From Candidatus Melainabacteria bacterium (GTDB lineage Bacteria > Cyanobacteriota > Vampirovibrionia > Obscuribacterales > Obscuribacteraceae), in assembly GCA_023250095.1 (NCBI GenBank), contig JAHFBI010000002.1:1-45710 (forward strand): DNA of 45,710 nucleotides, given 5' to 3'. A program made the translations under genes and the position numbers. Each line of letters opens with the position of its first letter. Position 1 is the first letter of the stretch. The notes under the pieces were generated by a model. The model was not told the origin of the DNA and searched no databases. It was given only the letters and a program-made list of their open reading frames with translations. Positions 43,556 to 45,710 of the stretch are shown piece after piece.

Positions 43556-45526
43556 ATGAGCTTCTTCAATCCCCGCAGTACGGATGGCAATCCGGTTCTC
43601 AACGCGCTGCTGACCGTCATCGCAGCGTTTCTTATGCCGTTCATCGAAGCGGCCAAAAAGCTGACGCGCAAGGTCTACCATGGCTGGGACGGCGCTTTCC
43701 GAGCCTGCTTCGGCGGCATCTTCGGCATCGGCGGCGCCATCTATGCCGGTCACTGGACCGGCTGGACCAACGGTCTTTCCTTCTTCGCCTGGCTGCCGGC
43801 AAGCATGCTAGCCTGGCTGCTCGTTTATTTCTACATATGGCCACTGCTCTACCTGGTGGTCGTCAACCCGGTCTGGAAACTGGCCGATGCACTCTGGGAT
43901 CTCGTGCGCAAGTTCGCCCGAACTCGCTTCGAGAGCCTGACTCTAGGCATCATCGGCATCCTGCGCACGGTCTGCCTGGGCTGCGACGGTCTCTGGGGAA
44001 CCATCCTCTCGAAAGACCGCAAGTCCTGGTTCTCCAAGCTGCTCTATGCCGTGAGCTATCCTTCGATCCTCGGCGGTAGCGCCTTGCTGGGCTGGAAGAT
44101 CTTCCACCTGGTGACGGCATTGTTTCCCGCCCATCTGGCGATTGTGCCTTTCGTAGCCGGGCTGGCTGCCGGACTGCTTGCCTTCCTCTTTGTGGGCGGC
44201 ACACTTCTGCAGTTCGTTGAGTTCGGCAAACTGCCCTTCATCGCTCTCAGCAGCGGCATCGCAGCCGTCTGGGGGCTGACCGGGCAAATCGCGCTTGTCC
44301 TTTCGGCGCTTGGGCTGAGCGGCGCTGCCTTCACGTGGGCGGCTTATGCACTGACCTTCGCGCTGTATACTGCGTACGTCTTCCCGCTCATCAACGTCAT
44401 TCTGACGGACGGCTTCCTCACCTGGATCGTCGAGCACATCAAGCCGCTGGCTGAAAAGGCTTACGACGAGAGCGACAAGGACTTCCGCAACTTCTTCCAC
44501 CACTCAGTCAATCTGGCGGTTGCCGGCTTGCTCGGCTATTTCGCCTTCGCCATCTGCTCGACGCTTGCGCTGGGTGCCGCAGTAACCTGGGGTATCTGCG
44601 CGCTGGTCGTGGCACTGTCCTATATCCTGACCTTCCAGTGCATCGACCACAGTGGCGGCAACGCCATCGTCGGCGGTACCATGTCCCTGGCGGCAGGATA
44701 TTTCACCGGCGCAGCCTACCATTCGGTCGGGCTCGTCTTCGGCATCTGGGGCGCCATCGTCGCGGGCGTGTTCTCTGCGCTCACCTTTGGCTTCGTGGTC
44801 TTCCCTGTGCTCTATATCTGCCTCCGGAGCCTCACCACAGCCATCCGGCTCAGCCAGCTCGGCAAGCCCCTTGCCAGCGTGTACAACTTCTTCAACGAAG
44901 GCTTCAAGAAGGCCATGCGCCAGCTGGAGCATGCCTATGACAGCTGCTACCGCGACAAGACCGGCTACCAGGAGCTTTTCCTTCACCTGTCCAACCTGGC
45001 TGCTGCAGTCGCCGTTTACTTCGGAGCTGCTTACCTTTCATCCATCCAGCACATGGGCAGCGTGATGAGCTTTGCGTTCATCGGCATGTCGGTTGTGCTG
45101 TCATACCTGCTGGTTGGCAAGTTGCTCTTCAAGTCCGGCTACGGGACCGAATTCATCGGCGCCCTGGCTGGTCTGGCAGCTGCCGGCTGGGCTGGCACTG
45201 GAGTCTACAGCGCTTACGCCTCATGGCTGGTGGCAGGCGTTGTCGGTATTTGCGCCCGGGTGGCAGTGTTCGCCTTCCTTTTCCCGACTGCCTATATCCT
45301 GGTGCGCCTGCCGGCCAAGCCTCTGTTGCTCGCCTGGCTGCGTCCCTTGCTGGCGGCAATCTATGACTTCTTTTGGGCTGGCTTCATGCAGGTCTGGCAG
45401 CAGTTCGTGCGGGCCTACAACGCCCTGTTGCGGCTGTTAACGCCGCTCTGGGTGATGTTCGTTTCCATCCTGGACTCTGTCCGGAAGGCTTACAACAGGC
45501 TTCTGGACCGTATCCGCGGCCGCTAA
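43556..45526 (+). CDS. Large polytopic membrane protein (656 aa) of unknown family
   Basis: AGAGGA lies upstream of the ATG. Many Gly/Ala/Leu/Phe-rich TM segments are separated by short charged amphipathic segments. Confidence 0.75.
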   Translation: MSFFNPRSTDGNPVLNALLTVIAAFLMPFIEAAKKLTRKVYHGWDGAFRACFGGIFGIGGAIYAGHWTGWTNGLSFFAWLPASMLAWLLVYFYIWPLLYLVVVNPVWKLADALWDLVRKFARTRFESLTLGIIGILRTVCLGCDGLWGTILSKDRKSWFSKLLYAVSYPSILGGSALLGWKIFHLVTALFPAHLAIVPFVAGLAAGLLAFLFVGGTLLQFVEFGKLPFIALSSGIAAVWGLTGQIALVLSALGLSGAAFTWAAYALTFALYTAYVFPLINVILTDGFLTWIVEHIKPLAEKAYDESDKDFRNFFHHSVNLAVAGLLGYFAFAICSTLALGAAVTWGICALVVALSYILTFQCIDHSGGNAIVGGTMSLAAGYFTGAAYHSVGLVFGIWGAIVAGVFSALTFGFVVFPVLYICLRSLTTAIRLSQLGKPLASVYNFFNEGFKKAMRQLEHAYDSCYRDKTGYQELFLHLSNLAAAVAVYFGAAYLSSIQHMGSVMSFAFIGMSVVLSYLLVGKLLFKSGYGTEFIGALAGLAAAGWAGTGVYSAYASWLVAGVVGICARVAVFAFLFPTAYILVRLPAKPLLLAWLRPLLAAIYDFFWAGFMQVWQQFVRAYNALLRLLTPLWVMFVSILDSVRKAYNRLLDRIRGR

Positions 45527-45586
45527 GCCCTGAGAGCAGAAAAACATGGCAGACATGCCCCGGCTCCAGGCTGAGGCATGTTCGAG

Positions 45587-45630
45587 GCGCCGGAGGCTGA
45601 GGATCACACTCCTTTCCTCCGGCGCTTTTG
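45587..45630 (+). terminator. Rho-independent terminator
   Basis: GCGCCGGAGG (45587-45596) pairs with CCTCCGGCGC (45616-45625), followed by TTTTG. Confidence 0.75.
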
Positions 45631-45710
45631 CCATTTTCAGGCAGTTACCTGGCACAGATGGACCCTGCTTTCCACCTGAGGCACCTCAACCAGCTCTGTT
45701 CTCCGCCGAA

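Noticed and set aside
1-45710. Search for CRISPR arrays, tRNA and rRNA genes
   Set aside because: I saw no regularly spaced direct repeats, no T-loop-type GGTTCGAATCC context with a matching acceptor stem, and no rRNA-like conserved stretches. This was an inspection by eye only; tRNAscan-SE, Infernal and a CRISPR finder should confirm.

Overview
45.7-kb segment of a moderately GC-rich bacterial chromosome. I can support about 44 protein-coding genes, one decayed transposase gene, several terminator-like hairpins and a few short repeats. I found no rRNA, tRNA, CRISPR array or intact mobile element. Recognisable housekeeping genes are a class I (DhnA/FbaB-type) fructose-bisphosphate aldolase, a methylmalonyl-CoA epimerase-like VOC protein, a heptose-1-P adenylyltransferase-like cytidylyltransferase, an HtpX-like M48 peptidase, phosphopentomutase plus purine nucleoside phosphorylase, an RseP-type site-2 protease, two adjacent FtsH paralogues, a BtpA-family protein and an archaeal/eukaryote-like ProRS. 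Signalling and accessory genes include an FHA-FHA-transglutaminase-like protein next to a compact Hanks-type kinase, a four-repeat MshEN (T2SSE_N) protein, a CX5R phosphatase, HD-domain, MerR and DUF4388 proteins, two paralogous NUDIX modules and an AMIN-TPR protein. The least explained, most system-like parts are four. (i) The six-gene FHA/transglutaminase-kinase cluster at 1-6058. (ii) A translationally coupled pair of PNP paralogues with complementary motif loss at 24055-25421. (iii) A co-directional membrane-metalloprotease block (unknown-FtsH-FtsH-unknown-RseP) at 28650-35391. (iv) A two-gene cassette encoding an unknown 171-aa protein plus an 83-aa ten-cysteine peptide at 38325-39147. 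None of these is demonstrably a novel system from sequence alone. Gene content is reminiscent of cyanobacteria-related lineages, but I cannot assign taxonomy. All family calls rest on motif recognition by eye; no database search was run.
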